Positions 52,945-62,835 of a DNA stretch of 64,000 nt are shown here, piece after piece (the stretch's first letter is position 1; every line of letters begins with the position of its first letter). The notes under the pieces were generated by a model, which made no database searches, was not told the origin of the DNA, and was given only the letters and a program-made list of their open reading frames with translations. The stretch lies in contig CBDEUK010000002.1 of assembly GCA_965243205.1 (NCBI GenBank), forward strand, positions 2,016,001 to 2,080,000, given 5' to 3'. The position numbers and the translations under genes were made by a program. This DNA comes from Gammaproteobacteria bacterium. GTDB taxonomy: Bacteria; Pseudomonadota; Gammaproteobacteria; Eutrophobiales; Eutrophobiaceae.

Positions 52945-53538
52945 ATGGCTAGAGCTGAGCGTAGTACAAATCGCCGTCAAGAAATATTAGAAACATTGGC
53001 GAAAGAATTAGAAACAAATCCTGGTTCAAGGATTACAACTGCAAACCTTGCGAAAGCAGTCGGTGTCTCAGAAGCGGCTTTGTATCGACACTTTGCAAGT
53101 AAAGCAAAAATGTTCGAAGCGTTAATAGATTTTTCTGAAGAAGCTGTGTTCGGTCTAGTCAATAAAATTCTGGAACAAGAAAAAGATCCAGAGCAACGAT
53201 GTGAAAAAATATTATCCGTTCTTTTGGTTTTTGCCGAACGTAACCCTGGGATCAGTCGAGTTTTAGTTGGGGATGCGTTAGTAGGTGAGAATGAACGCTT
53301 ACGAAAAAGAGTAACTCAATTTTTCGAACGCTTAGAAACTCAATTGAAACAAGTGTTGCGAGAGGCTTATTTATCTAATGCATCTCGTGCCGCACAAACT
53401 ATAGATGCTACTGCAAATACTATGCTGGGTTTTGTAGAAGGCCGCATGTCACAATTTATTCGTAGTTCTTTTGAAAAGAAACCCAGCGAGTTTTGGGATG
53501 AGCAATGGCAAATCTTACAGCCTGGGTTGTTTAAATAG
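52945..53538 (+). CDS. slmA: Nucleoid occlusion factor SlmA (TetR family)
   Basis: RITTANLAKAVGVSEAALYRHF, FAERNPG. Confidence 0.92.
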   Translation: MARAERSTNRRQEILETLAKELETNPGSRITTANLAKAVGVSEAALYRHFASKAKMFEALIDFSEEAVFGLVNKILEQEKDPEQRCEKILSVLLVFAERNPGISRVLVGDALVGENERLRKRVTQFFERLETQLKQVLREAYLSNASRAAQTIDATANTMLGFVEGRMSQFIRSSFEKKPSEFWDEQWQILQPGLFK

Positions 53539-53593
53539 GCATTATTGTATTTCGAAGGGTTTTTAAACGGACATATCTAGCCCATTCCATAGT

Positions 53594-54211
53594 TTATTTT
53601 TTTAATATTTTAAATCGCTCAACATAATTCGCATATTCTTCGCGAATTAATTCTTGTTCTTTGTGTTTATCTTCTATGAATTGCTCATTATTATTAATCT
53701 GACGTTTTAAAGAGCTAATATCTTTTAATAGTTGTTCAGAAGGAGCATTTCCTTTACGTTCTTGTATAGCCGCTCTTGACATTAGTAGGTCCAATTCTGA
53801 TTGAAGTTTTTCAATACGCTTTTTACTTAAACCAATTTGAGCTTCAATAGAGGCAACTTTTCCATCACGTGTTAGATTAATATCTTCTACATTACTAAAT
53901 GTTTCTAGAAGGACTCTGTCATCGCGATCTTTTTCAGCTTTAAGTATTTCAGCTTGTTTTTTTTCTTCGACTAAACGTTTTTCTTCAGCGATTTCTTCTT
54001 CGGTTTTAGCGCGTTCTTGTTTATCAACAGTAATCCCTAAATTATTAACTTCTTCATGGCCCTGTTGTGCATATTCAGGAGGAACATTTTGACCACATTC
54101 TTTAACGCCATCAGAATTTGTCCAACACTTAAATCGTGCATTAGCATTAAAACTGATAAAGCAAGTTAAAGAAAAAATAGTGATAGTTTGTAATGTGAAA
54201 CGATAATTCAT
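53594..54211 (-). CDS. Exported DUF4124-like coiled-coil protein
   Basis: Signal peptide, KCWTNSDGV..CGQNVPP, DRVLLETF, coiled coil. Confidence 0.6.
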   Translation of the reverse strand: MNYRFTLQTITIFSLTCFISFNANARFKCWTNSDGVKECGQNVPPEYAQQGHEEVNNLGITVDKQERAKTEEEIAEEKRLVEEKKQAEILKAEKDRDDRVLLETFSNVEDINLTRDGKVASIEAQIGLSKKRIEKLQSELDLLMSRAAIQERKGNAPSEQLLKDISSLKRQINNNEQFIEDKHKEQELIREEYANYVERFKILKK

Positions 54212-54248
54212 AGCTAACGTGTTTAATTTAAAAATAATAAAAAATTGA

Positions 54249-54896
54249 TTAAATAGTAGTACCAAATTGTTGTCTGTAAAGTTGAATACTCTCTAAATGT
54301 TTTGTCATATTAGAACGAGACTCTAAATATGTGATTAGATTCTCTAAATTAATAATACTCGCAACTTTTATGCGATGTTTTTGTTGGACTTCTTGAATCG
54401 CAGATAATTCCGTTTGGCCTTTTTCTTGTCGATCTAATGCAATCACTACACCAGATGTTTTCGCGCCAGCTTGTTCGATTAAATCCACAGATAAATTTAC
54501 GGAAGTCCCCGCTGAAATCACATCGTCTACAATAACAACATTACCTTGTAGTTTTGCTCCCATCGTAATACCGCCCTCACCATGATCCTTTGCCTCTTTT
54601 CGATTAAAACAATAAGGTATATTCAGTTTATAATCGTTATTTAAAGCGATGCTGATGGCAGAACCTAAGGGGATGCCTTTATACGCAGGCCCAAATATCA
54701 TATCGAACTCGATAGCGGATTCCTTGAGAGCTTTAGCGTAATATTGGCCTAATTTGTTAAGACTGTTACCATCATTGAACAAGCCCGAATTAAAAAAATA
54801 AGGGCTGACTCGGCCAGACTTTAATGTAAATTCGCCAAAACGTAGAACTTGATATTCAGTGGCGAGCTCAATGAATTCATATTGGTAATCTTGCAT
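54249..54896 (-). CDS. pyrE: Orotate phosphoribosyltransferase
   Basis: FTLKSGRVSPYFFN, GPAYKGIP, RKEAKDHGEGG, VDDVISAGT. Confidence 0.97.
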   Translation of the reverse strand: MQDYQYEFIELATEYQVLRFGEFTLKSGRVSPYFFNSGLFNDGNSLNKLGQYYAKALKESAIEFDMIFGPAYKGIPLGSAISIALNNDYKLNIPYCFNRKEAKDHGEGGITMGAKLQGNVVIVDDVISAGTSVNLSVDLIEQAGAKTSGVVIALDRQEKGQTELSAIQEVQQKHRIKVASIINLENLITYLESRSNMTKHLESIQLYRQQFGTTI

Positions 54897-54951
54897 ACAA
54901 GAAATTATAACGATTATTAAAGCGTAATCCTAATTCACAGTAGATTTTATT

Positions 54952-55725
54952 ATGAAAATTATTTCTTTAAATTTAAACGGTATTCGTGCCGCTCATCGTA
55001 AAGGTTTTTTAGATTGGCTATATAAAGAATCACCAGATGTTATATGTTTTCAAGAGACCAAGGCTCAAGTAGAACAGCTAAGTGATGAATTGATTAATCC
55101 AAACGATTATTTTGCTTACTTCAATGATGCAGAAAAAAAAGGATACAGTGGGGTTGCTGTGTATAGCAAACAAAAGCCAGATAAAGTGGTTAATAAACTT
55201 GGTTGGGAACATGCTGATATAGAAGGCCGTTACTTACAATTAGATTTTGGAAAATTGAGTGTAGTTTCTCTATATATGCCTTCTGGTTCTTCGAGTGAAG
55301 AAAGACAAGATATCAAATTTGATTTTATGGATAAATATATGCCGATTTTAAAAAAACAACGACGGCAAAAAAGAAATTATATTATCTGTGGCGATTGGAA
55401 TATCGCACATAAACAAATCGATTTAAAAAATTGGCGTGGTAATCAAAAGAACTCTGGGTTCTTACCAGAAGAACGAGCTTGGATGGATGAGCTATTCGAT
55501 AAAGTTGGAATGGTCGATGCGTTTCGTGAGGTCAATCAGGAGGAGGATCAATTTACTTGGTGGTCAAATCGTGGCCAAGCTTGGGCAAAGAACGTGGGGT
55601 GGCGTATAGATTATCAAATCGTGTCGCCTGATTTAAAAGATAAAATTCAAAGCGCTGATATTTATAAAGACGAACGGTTTTCCGATCATGCGCCGTTGAT
55701 TATTGAATACGATATGGAATTATAA
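54952..55725 (+). CDS. xth: Exodeoxyribonuclease III family protein (Xth/Crc-like)
   Basis: NLNGIRA, QETK, GYSGV, GDWN, GWRIDY, SDHAP; divergent from pyrE as Pseudomonas crc is. Confidence 0.85.
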   Translation: MKIISLNLNGIRAAHRKGFLDWLYKESPDVICFQETKAQVEQLSDELINPNDYFAYFNDAEKKGYSGVAVYSKQKPDKVVNKLGWEHADIEGRYLQLDFGKLSVVSLYMPSGSSSEERQDIKFDFMDKYMPILKKQRRQKRNYIICGDWNIAHKQIDLKNWRGNQKNSGFLPEERAWMDELFDKVGMVDAFREVNQEEDQFTWWSNRGQAWAKNVGWRIDYQIVSPDLKDKIQSADIYKDERFSDHAPLIIEYDMEL

Positions 55726-56313
55726 AAATCGAAATGGAATAGCTGTTAATTGATAGCCTAAATCCATAATCGGTGCGACGATTAATTGCAACGACAAATA
55801 CAATAATAATAAAGCAACCATTGGTGACCAATCTAATCCCCCTGTAACCGGCACAACATTTCTAATTTGTGTCATCAGAGGGTTTGTAAGTTGATGAATT
55901 ATGACTGTTAGAGGGTTATATGCACTTGGGTTAATCCAACTTATCACTACCATTACAAAGATCATCACAATATAAATAAAAATCGCTAATTGAATTAATT
56001 TACCGATGGTCAATACGAGTAGTCCTAATAAGTCAGGAAAACTACCTGTAAATAACGCTGTTAAGAAAATAATTTCTATCGCTTGAATTAAAATTAATAG
56101 CACAATGGATGGCCAATCAATACCAGCAAACCCTGGTATTAGTCTTCGAAGTATTTTCAAGGGTGGGTTTGTTACATTGACAATAGTTTGTGATATTGGA
56201 TTGTAAAAATCAGCTCTTACCAATTGCAGCAAGAAACGTAGCATAACAATCATAAGATAAATGCCAAAAATGAATTGCACTAAAGTGATTCCAGCATTAA
56301 CTAAATAAGACAT
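55720..56313 (-). CDS. yggT: YggT family membrane protein
   Basis: RADFYNPISQ, two YGGT repeats, LDWSP. Confidence 0.9.
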   Translation of the reverse strand: MSYLVNAGITLVQFIFGIYLMIVMLRFLLQLVRADFYNPISQTIVNVTNPPLKILRRLIPGFAGIDWPSIVLLILIQAIEIIFLTALFTGSFPDLLGLLVLTIGKLIQLAIFIYIVMIFVMVVISWINPSAYNPLTVIIHQLTNPLMTQIRNVVPVTGGLDWSPMVALLLLYLSLQLIVAPIMDLGYQLTAIPFRFL

Positions 56314-56326
56314 TATCGATTCCTAA

Positions 56327-57154
56327 TTATTTATCAGATATCTTGGCCAATTCTTTTGAACGTATTACTGCCTGTTGTAGCGCATGTGATAGAGTCTTTT
56401 CTATATTATCATCTAACATAGAATTAATAGCTGCCTCTGTTGTACCGCCAGGTGAAGTAACATTTTTTCGTAATTGTTCTATAGTGTTATCAGAAGCATT
56501 GGCCATATTAGCGGCACCAAGAGCTGTTTGATGAACTAATAGTTTTGCTATATCAGGTTCTAAACCCATTTTCTCGGCTGTTTTTAAAAAGATCTCCATG
56601 AATAAAAAATAATACGCAGGTCCGCTACCTGAAATAGCTGTTACTACATCAATTAACTCTTCTTTCTCTACCCAGACTGATATGCCAACAGAGTTCATAA
56701 TCTTTTCAGCGATATTTTTTTGCTCGTCTGAGACTTGGTTATTTGCATATAAGCCTGATGCGCCTAAATTAATCAAAGAAGGAGTATTTGGCATGACACG
56801 TATAACCGCTGAATTTTTAGAAAGTATATTTTCAATACTGTGACAGGTTATGCCTGCTGCAATGGAAACAATTAAACAATTATCCGAAACAAATGACTTA
56901 ATAGAGTTTAAAGTATCGATTAAAACTTGCGGTTTAACAGCTAACACCAATACATCAGATGTTCCAATTGCTTGATGATTTTCAGGATACGCATCAATGC
57001 CATATTTATTTTTTATATTTTCACCTTTTTGTATATCGGGTTCGATAGCAATAATGTCAGATGTTGGGTAGCCTGATTTAGTTAAGCCGCCAATAATGCT
57101 GCCGCCCATATTGCCACAGCCGATAAAACAGATTTTTGAGTTATTGTTATTCAT
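56327..57154 (-). CDS. proC: Pyrroline-5-carboxylate reductase
   Basis: IGCGNMG, LAVKPQ, RVMPNTP, SGSGPAY, VTSPGGTT. Confidence 0.96.
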   Translation of the reverse strand: MNNNNSKICFIGCGNMGGSIIGGLTKSGYPTSDIIAIEPDIQKGENIKNKYGIDAYPENHQAIGTSDVLVLAVKPQVLIDTLNSIKSFVSDNCLIVSIAAGITCHSIENILSKNSAVIRVMPNTPSLINLGASGLYANNQVSDEQKNIAEKIMNSVGISVWVEKEELIDVVTAISGSGPAYYFLFMEIFLKTAEKMGLEPDIAKLLVHQTALGAANMANASDNTIEQLRKNVTSPGGTTEAAINSMLDDNIEKTLSHALQQAVIRSKELAKISDK

Positions 57155-57193
57155 TCGAGATAGTCTACCGTTTTTGTTAAGTCATAGACATGG

Positions 57194-57877
57194 TCAATCT
57201 CTGGGACCAAATACCGCAGTTCCGATTCTTACCATCGTCGAACCGGCTGCAATCGCGGCTTCTAAATCTTGACTGGTTCCCATCGAGAGAGTGTCCATTT
57301 CATAGCCTTGTTTGTTTAATTGTACGAGTAGTGTTGATAGCTCTTTGCATTGCTCGTATTGCACTGAAAATTCTTTTGAGGGCAAGGGCAATGTCATCAA
57401 ACCACGTAATTGGAGATTCTTTAGTTCTGATACTGCGGCAACTAACTCATCTAGTTCGTCAGCAGAAATACCTGATTTTGACTCTTCCTCACTGATATTC
57501 ACTTGAATACATACATTCAATGGCGGCAAATCATCTGGTCGAGAATTTGACAGTCTTTGGGCGATTTTTAATCGATCGATACTGTGTACCCAATGAAAAT
57601 TTTCAGCAATTTGAGTAGTTTTATTCGATTGAATTGGGCCGATAAAGTGCCAAACAATGTTTTTTTCAGCGATCGATGAGATTTTAGTCAAAGCTTCTTG
57701 TAGGTAATTCTCTCCAAAATCACGTTGCCCTAGTTGGTATAAACTCTGTATATCTTCAATGGGTTTTCGTTTGCTTACTGCTAATAATTTGACCGAATTT
57801 GTTGCCCGTTCGTATTGCTTCTCATGAGCAGATAGTTGCTCAAGTATTTGGCTGTATCGACCGTTAAGCTGATTCAT
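57194..57877 (-). CDS. yggS: PLP homeostasis protein YggS
   Basis: LAVSK, FGENYLQE, WHFIGPIQSNK, LSMGTS, RIGTAVFG. Confidence 0.95.
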   Translation of the reverse strand: MNQLNGRYSQILEQLSAHEKQYERATNSVKLLAVSKRKPIEDIQSLYQLGQRDFGENYLQEALTKISSIAEKNIVWHFIGPIQSNKTTQIAENFHWVHSIDRLKIAQRLSNSRPDDLPPLNVCIQVNISEEESKSGISADELDELVAAVSELKNLQLRGLMTLPLPSKEFSVQYEQCKELSTLLVQLNKQGYEMDTLSMGTSQDLEAAIAAGSTMVRIGTAVFGPRD

Positions 57878-58028
57878 AGTATTAGCAGTAGTTAAATTTG
57901 AAAAAAGTCAGTATTATTGGGATCTTAATCACAAAAGTGAAAGTAGTTTTTAATTAATATCCAGTCAATTAAAACGAAATATGAGACCAATCATATGTAC
58001 GATGATACATCTAAGATAGGAGTACTCA

Positions 58029-59063
58029 ATGGATATCGGTGAACTTCTCGCCTTTGGCGTCAAAAATGGCTGTTCGGACTTACATTTATCGGCCGGTCTA
58101 CCACCTATGATTCGGGTTGATGGCGATATTCGACGCATCAACGTTCCATCGCTAGATCATAAAGACGTTCATGACATGGTGTATGACATCATGAACGATA
58201 AGCAGCGTAAAGATTACGAAGAATTCTTGGAATGCGATTTCTCATTCGAAGTTCCAGGCTTGGCCCGTTTCAGGGTCAATGCATTTAACCAAAATCGTGG
58301 TGCAGGTGCGGTATTTCGTACCATTCCTTCTGATATTCTTACCTTGGAAAATCTTAATGCACCAGCTATTTTTAAAGATATATCCGATTATCCGCGTGGT
58401 GTGGTATTGGTAACGGGGCCAACAGGTTCAGGTAAATCAACCACTCTGGCAGCAATGGTCGATCATAAAAATAATAATGAATACGGTCATATTTTAACGG
58501 TTGAAGACCCAATTGAATTCGTACATGAATCGAAAAAATGTTTGATTAACCAACGTGAGGTTCATAGGGATACTTTAGGATTTAATGAGGCGCTTCGTTC
58601 AGCGTTGCGTGAAGACCCTGATGTGATTCTAGTTGGTGAGATGCGTGATTTGGAAACGATTCGCCTAGCATTGACCGCTGCTGAAACCGGACACTTAGTG
58701 TTTGGAACATTGCATACCAGTTCAGCGGCTAAGACTATTGACCGGGTTGTAGATGTATTTCCTGCTGAAGAGAAAGATATGATTCGGGCGATGTTATCGG
58801 AATCGTTACGAGCGGTAATTTCGCAAACCTTATTGAAGAAACACGGTGGTGGTCGTATTGCGGCTCATGAAATCATGATCGGTACTGCGGCGATTCGAAA
58901 CTTGATTCGTGAGAATAAAATCGCACAAATGTACTCGGCGATTCAAACTGGTCAGCAGTTTGGTATGCAGACACTGGATCAAAATTTACAAGAGTTGGTT
59001 TCTAAGGGTTTAGTGAATCGTAATGAAGCACGTGCCAAGGCAGTTAATAAAGATAACTTCTAA
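58029..59063 (+). CDS. pilT: Type IV pilus retraction ATPase PilT
   Basis: GPTGSGKSTT, LREDPD, GTLHT, AIRNLIRE. Confidence 0.96.
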   Translation: MDIGELLAFGVKNGCSDLHLSAGLPPMIRVDGDIRRINVPSLDHKDVHDMVYDIMNDKQRKDYEEFLECDFSFEVPGLARFRVNAFNQNRGAGAVFRTIPSDILTLENLNAPAIFKDISDYPRGVVLVTGPTGSGKSTTLAAMVDHKNNNEYGHILTVEDPIEFVHESKKCLINQREVHRDTLGFNEALRSALREDPDVILVGEMRDLETIRLALTAAETGHLVFGTLHTSSAAKTIDRVVDVFPAEEKDMIRAMLSESLRAVISQTLLKKHGGGRIAAHEIMIGTAAIRNLIRENKIAQMYSAIQTGQQFGMQTLDQNLQELVSKGLVNRNEARAKAVNKDNF

Positions 59064-59118
59064 TTTTATTTAGCTAGATATAGATAAGGTAAAGACGGTT
59101 TTAAAGTGAGGTAAACGA

Positions 59119-60285
59119 ATGGAAAGAGAACAGGCGATAAAATTCATGCGGGATCTTCTCAAGCTAATGGTTGAGAAGAAAGGCTCAGATTTATTTGTTA
59201 CTGTTGGATTTCCGCCAGCGATTAAAATTTCCGGTAAAGTCACGCCTGTTTCTAAAACCGAATTAACGCCTGAAAATACCAAAGCGATGGCTTATGCCAT
59301 CATGAACGATAAACAGCTCAAAGAATATGAGGCGACGAAAGAATGTAACTTTGCCGTAGCACCAGTCGGTATCGGTCGTTTCCGTGCCAATGCGTATATA
59401 CAACAAGGTCATTGTGGTTTGGTATTACGTACGATTGAAACCGAAGTTCCAACTATTGATAAATTGGGCTTACCAGAAGTGATGCGTGATGTGGCAATGA
59501 CTAAGAATGGTTTAGTGATTATGGTTGGTGGTACTGGTTCTGGTAAATCAACCTCACTTGCTGCAATGATCGATCATCGTAATACCAATAGTTATGGTCA
59601 TATTATTACAATTGAGGATCCAATCGAGTACGTACATCAACACAAGAACTGCATCATCATGCAACGTGAAGTCGGTGTTGATACTGATGATTGGGAGATC
59701 GCACTTAAAAATACTCTAAGACAAGCTCCCGATGTGATCTTATTAGGTGAGATTCGAGATCGTGAAACAATGGAGTTTGGAATTGCTTTTGCTGAAACGG
59801 GTCACTTAGCCATGGCTACCCTGCATGCTAACAGCTCAAACCAAGCATTAGATCGTATTATTAACTTCTTCCCGGAAGAACGCCGCACTCAATTGTTAAT
59901 GGACTTATCGTTAAACTTAAAAGCGGTTATCTCACAAAGACTATTAAAAAGCGTCGATGGCAAAGGTCGTGTCGCGGCGATTGAGATATTATTGAATTCG
60001 CCGTTGATAGCAGATTTAATTCTTAAAGGTGAAGTTCACGAAATCAAAAACATTATGTCTAAGTCTAATGAGTTAGGTATGAAGACATTTGACCAAGCAC
60101 TATTTGATCTTTATGAAGCAGATAAAATTACTTATGAAGATGCGTTGCGCAACGCAGATTCTATGAATGAACTACGTCTAAGAATTAAACTTGAAGGCAA
60201 AGCAGCCAAAGATGCAGACGTTATGGATGGTCTTGATCATCTAAGTCTTGAAGAAGATGATAAAGAAAAAGGCTTTGTTCGTTAA
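59119..60285 (+). CDS. pilU: Type IV pilus ATPase PilU
   Basis: GGTGSGKSTS, LRQAPD, TLHANSSNQALDRI, GMKTFDQ. Confidence 0.92.
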   Translation: MEREQAIKFMRDLLKLMVEKKGSDLFVTVGFPPAIKISGKVTPVSKTELTPENTKAMAYAIMNDKQLKEYEATKECNFAVAPVGIGRFRANAYIQQGHCGLVLRTIETEVPTIDKLGLPEVMRDVAMTKNGLVIMVGGTGSGKSTSLAAMIDHRNTNSYGHIITIEDPIEYVHQHKNCIIMQREVGVDTDDWEIALKNTLRQAPDVILLGEIRDRETMEFGIAFAETGHLAMATLHANSSNQALDRIINFFPEERRTQLLMDLSLNLKAVISQRLLKSVDGKGRVAAIEILLNSPLIADLILKGEVHEIKNIMSKSNELGMKTFDQALFDLYEADKITYEDALRNADSMNELRLRIKLEGKAAKDADVMDGLDHLSLEEDDKEKGFVR

Positions 60286-60313
60286 TAACATTCTAACCAC
60301 ATAATAAATCGTA

Positions 60314-61372
60314 ATGGATATTTCACCTTATCTAAAACTAATGGTCGATAAGAATGCTTCCGACTTATTTTTTACCGTCGGTAGCCCTGTCAAAATTAAA
60401 ATCGAAGGTAAAACTACTTCAGTTGGTAAAACCATGCTCACGCCCGAGTTAACACAAGCAGCTGCTTTTGGGATCATGAATGATTTCCAAAAGAAACAGT
60501 TTGAAGAGACTTTAGAATGTGATTTTGCGATTTCATTACCTGATGGTTCATCGCGTTTCCGGGTAAATGTTTTTAGGCAGCGTGGTGATATGGCGATGGT
60601 ATTACGTTTAATTCCATCGGATATACCAACTATTTATGAACTTTTGTTGCCAGATGTATTAAATGATTTAGTTTTAAATAAACGCGGTTTAATTTTAATG
60701 GTTGGTGCAACTGGTTCGGGTAAATCAACAACCTTGGCAGCAATGGTTAATCATCGAAATGAAAGTATGAGTGGCCATATTTTAACGATTGAAGATCCAG
60801 TTGAGTTTAGTCATCCCAATAAAAAATCCATTGTGAACCAACGAGAAGTTGGAGTTGATACTTTATCCTACAAAAACGCATTAAAGTCCTGTTTGCGTGA
60901 AGCACCTGATGTGATTTTAATAGGTGAGATTCGTGAGCGTCTTACTATGGAGACCGCACTTGAATTGTGTAATACAGGTCACTTAGCACTTTCAACTCTG
61001 CATGCTAATAACGCTAACCAAGCGATGGAACGTGTGGTTAATATGTTTCCTCAGGAATACCATAAACAATTATTTATGGATTTATCATTGAATTTACGAG
61101 CGGTTATCTCTCAACGCTTAGTAACTGGGGTGGATGGAAAACGTGTAGCAGCTGTTGAGATTCTGATTAATACACCACATATTGCTGAGTTAATATTAAA
61201 AGGCGATTTGCATGAAATAAAACAAGCGATGGAAGATAGCGGACAAAAAGGCATGCAAACATTCGATTCCGCGCTGTTTAATTTATACAAGGAAGGAAGA
61301 ATCGAACTAGAAGAAGCATTAAACAATGCGGATTCTCGAACCAACCTTGAAGCAAAAATCAACTTCGGTTAA
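60314..61372 (+). CDS. Second PilU-like pilus ATPase
   Basis: GATGSGKSTT, LREAPD, TLHANNANQA, GMQTFD. Confidence 0.9.
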   Translation: MDISPYLKLMVDKNASDLFFTVGSPVKIKIEGKTTSVGKTMLTPELTQAAAFGIMNDFQKKQFEETLECDFAISLPDGSSRFRVNVFRQRGDMAMVLRLIPSDIPTIYELLLPDVLNDLVLNKRGLILMVGATGSGKSTTLAAMVNHRNESMSGHILTIEDPVEFSHPNKKSIVNQREVGVDTLSYKNALKSCLREAPDVILIGEIRERLTMETALELCNTGHLALSTLHANNANQAMERVVNMFPQEYHKQLFMDLSLNLRAVISQRLVTGVDGKRVAAVEILINTPHIAELILKGDLHEIKQAMEDSGQKGMQTFDSALFNLYKEGRIELEEALNNADSRTNLEAKINFG

Positions 61373-61397
61373 AAATACTATTCAAGCGTAATTTAAC

Positions 61398-61802
61398 ATG
61401 CGCAAACATGAACGTTTTGATACTCGAATTCCTATTCATTTTAAGAAATCGGAAGTGCAATCTTTACTGCCATCAAACCTAGTAAATATCAGTCTTGGAG
61501 GTTTATCTTTTTCTCTTGTTGATCCAATAACTATTGGTGATGAAGTGATGATCTCTATTAATCATATTGAGCCTCCAGTCGAATTGACGGGAAATATACG
61601 ATGGTGCCGTAAATTTTCTGAACGATATGAAGTTGGATTAGAGTTTAATAATTTAAGTGATCCATTTTTATCAAGAATGCTTCGACAAATTTGTGAGATA
61701 GAAAAATATAGGGCTAATCAGTTAAAAGAATACGACCGAGAGATTTCGAGTGAGCAAGCGGCTGAAGAATGGATCGTGAAGTATGCAGCGGAGTTTAAAT
61801 GA
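61398..61802 (+). CDS. PilZ domain protein
   Basis: RKHER (RxxxR), NISLGG, QICEIEKYR. Confidence 0.85.
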   Translation: MRKHERFDTRIPIHFKKSEVQSLLPSNLVNISLGGLSFSLVDPITIGDEVMISINHIEPPVELTGNIRWCRKFSERYEVGLEFNNLSDPFLSRMLRQICEIEKYRANQLKEYDREISSEQAAEEWIVKYAAEFK

Positions 61803-61822
61803 ATTTATAAATTATGGATAAA

Positions 61823-61850
61823 AAGAAAGGGGCCATTAGGCCCCTTTCTT
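61823..61850. terminator. Bidirectional intrinsic terminator between the pilZ gene and pqqA
   Basis: Perfect stem AAGAAAGGGGCC-ATTA-GGCCCCTTTCTT. Confidence 0.85.
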
Positions 61851-61871
61851 GTATCTTTCAACAGTAACGAA

Positions 61872-61946
61872 TTACTTGTTGTTGATGTACATGGTTACTT
61901 CAAAACCAAAACGGATATCGTTGTAAGCAGGTGTTTCCCATTTCAT
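61872..61946 (-). CDS. pqqA: PQQ precursor peptide PqqA (absent from ORF track)
   Basis: Hand translation MKWETPAYNDIRFGFEVTMYINNK with the ExxxY core; AGAGGG RBS. Confidence 0.93.
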   Translation of the reverse strand: MKWETPAYNDIRFGFEVTMYINNK

Positions 61947-61994
61947 GATAGTACCCTCTTTGTTAAGTTAATCGAAAAATCTTACTATCTATAA

Positions 61995-62011
61995 AGCAGT
62001 GCGCATGCCAA
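61995..62011 (-). promoter_or_regulatory. Sigma-54 (-24/-12) promoter of pqqA
   Basis: Minus strand TTGGCATGCGCACTGCT, GG-N10-GC, close to consensus TGGCACG-N4-TTGC. Confidence 0.7.
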
Positions 62012-62040
62012 AATTGACAAAAACAAGAAATATTAAATAA

Positions 62041-62053
62041 AAACAATACCTTA
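62041..62053 (+). promoter_or_regulatory. IHF-like site
   Basis: AAACAATACCTTA matches WATCAANNNNTTR with one mismatch and follows an A/T tract; lies between promoter and enhancer. Confidence 0.4.
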
Positions 62054-62092
62054 TAGGGTTTTTAAGGTCTGGTTGTATAATTGGTTACTATT

Positions 62093-62136
62093 AAAACTGG
62101 TTATTAATAACCAGTTTTTTGGTTGTTAATAACCAA
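62093..62136. promoter_or_regulatory. Tandem palindromic sites, putative enhancer for a sigma-54 activator
   Basis: Perfect 26-bp palindrome AAAACTGGTTATTAATAACCAGTTTT plus near-palindrome TTGGTTGTTAATAACCAA; centres 22 bp apart. Confidence 0.6.
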
Positions 62137-62138
62137 TT

Positions 62139-62807
62139 TTATGGTTCTAAATCAGTTTTAAGCTGTAGTAATGTATGATTACTTAGATGATATTTTTTCT
62201 CAAAGGGTGTGAGATATTCCGAAATCTCGAGTTGTCTCGTCGAAGACTCGTAACCTATTATTCGAAGAGCTTCCGCTAATTCTTGTATATAAATAGACCA
62301 ATTACTTCTGCATTCAAGTATGCCTCCCAGTTTTAAGATAGTAGGAAATATTGCATGGCCATGCCATCGGCGTTGCAGATGTTTCTTTTTCGGCCAAGGA
62401 TTTGGATAGAGTAAATAATGTTTTTTGGGTTGCCAGTTAGCGGCGAGTGCTAAGCGCCAGAAATCGACTAATTCAGCACGCACTAAAATAATATTTTTAT
62501 GTTGATAATAACTATTTTGTTGTAGTCGGGCATGTAGTCTAAATTCCGATTTATCAATACCAATCACTAAATGATCAGGGTATTTTTGGGCAAGGTTAAA
62601 AGTACTTGTGCCGTTACCACATCCTGAATCTAAAATGAGTGGAAAAGAACTTTTTCGACGAAGAGAGTCAACGTGTGAAAAAATTTCTTCACTAAAAGGT
62701 TTATATGGTTGTAAGAAAATTGAAGACTGATGTTTTAAAACGGTAGAGCTTAGATCTGGATGGATGTCATCTTGGTTAGAAACGATGACACGAGAGTTGG
62801 ACTGCAT
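62139..62807 (-). CDS. TrmB-like SAM-dependent methyltransferase
   Basis: LDSGCGNG, GIDKS, LYPNPWPK...RRWHGH, TPFEKKY. Confidence 0.8.
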   Translation of the reverse strand: MQSNSRVIVSNQDDIHPDLSSTVLKHQSSIFLQPYKPFSEEIFSHVDSLRRKSSFPLILDSGCGNGTSTFNLAQKYPDHLVIGIDKSEFRLHARLQQNSYYQHKNIILVRAELVDFWRLALAANWQPKKHYLLYPNPWPKKKHLQRRWHGHAIFPTILKLGGILECRSNWSIYIQELAEALRIIGYESSTRQLEISEYLTPFEKKYHLSNHTLLQLKTDLEP

Positions 62808-62835
62808 GAATGTAGATATCGGACTAAATCAATGC

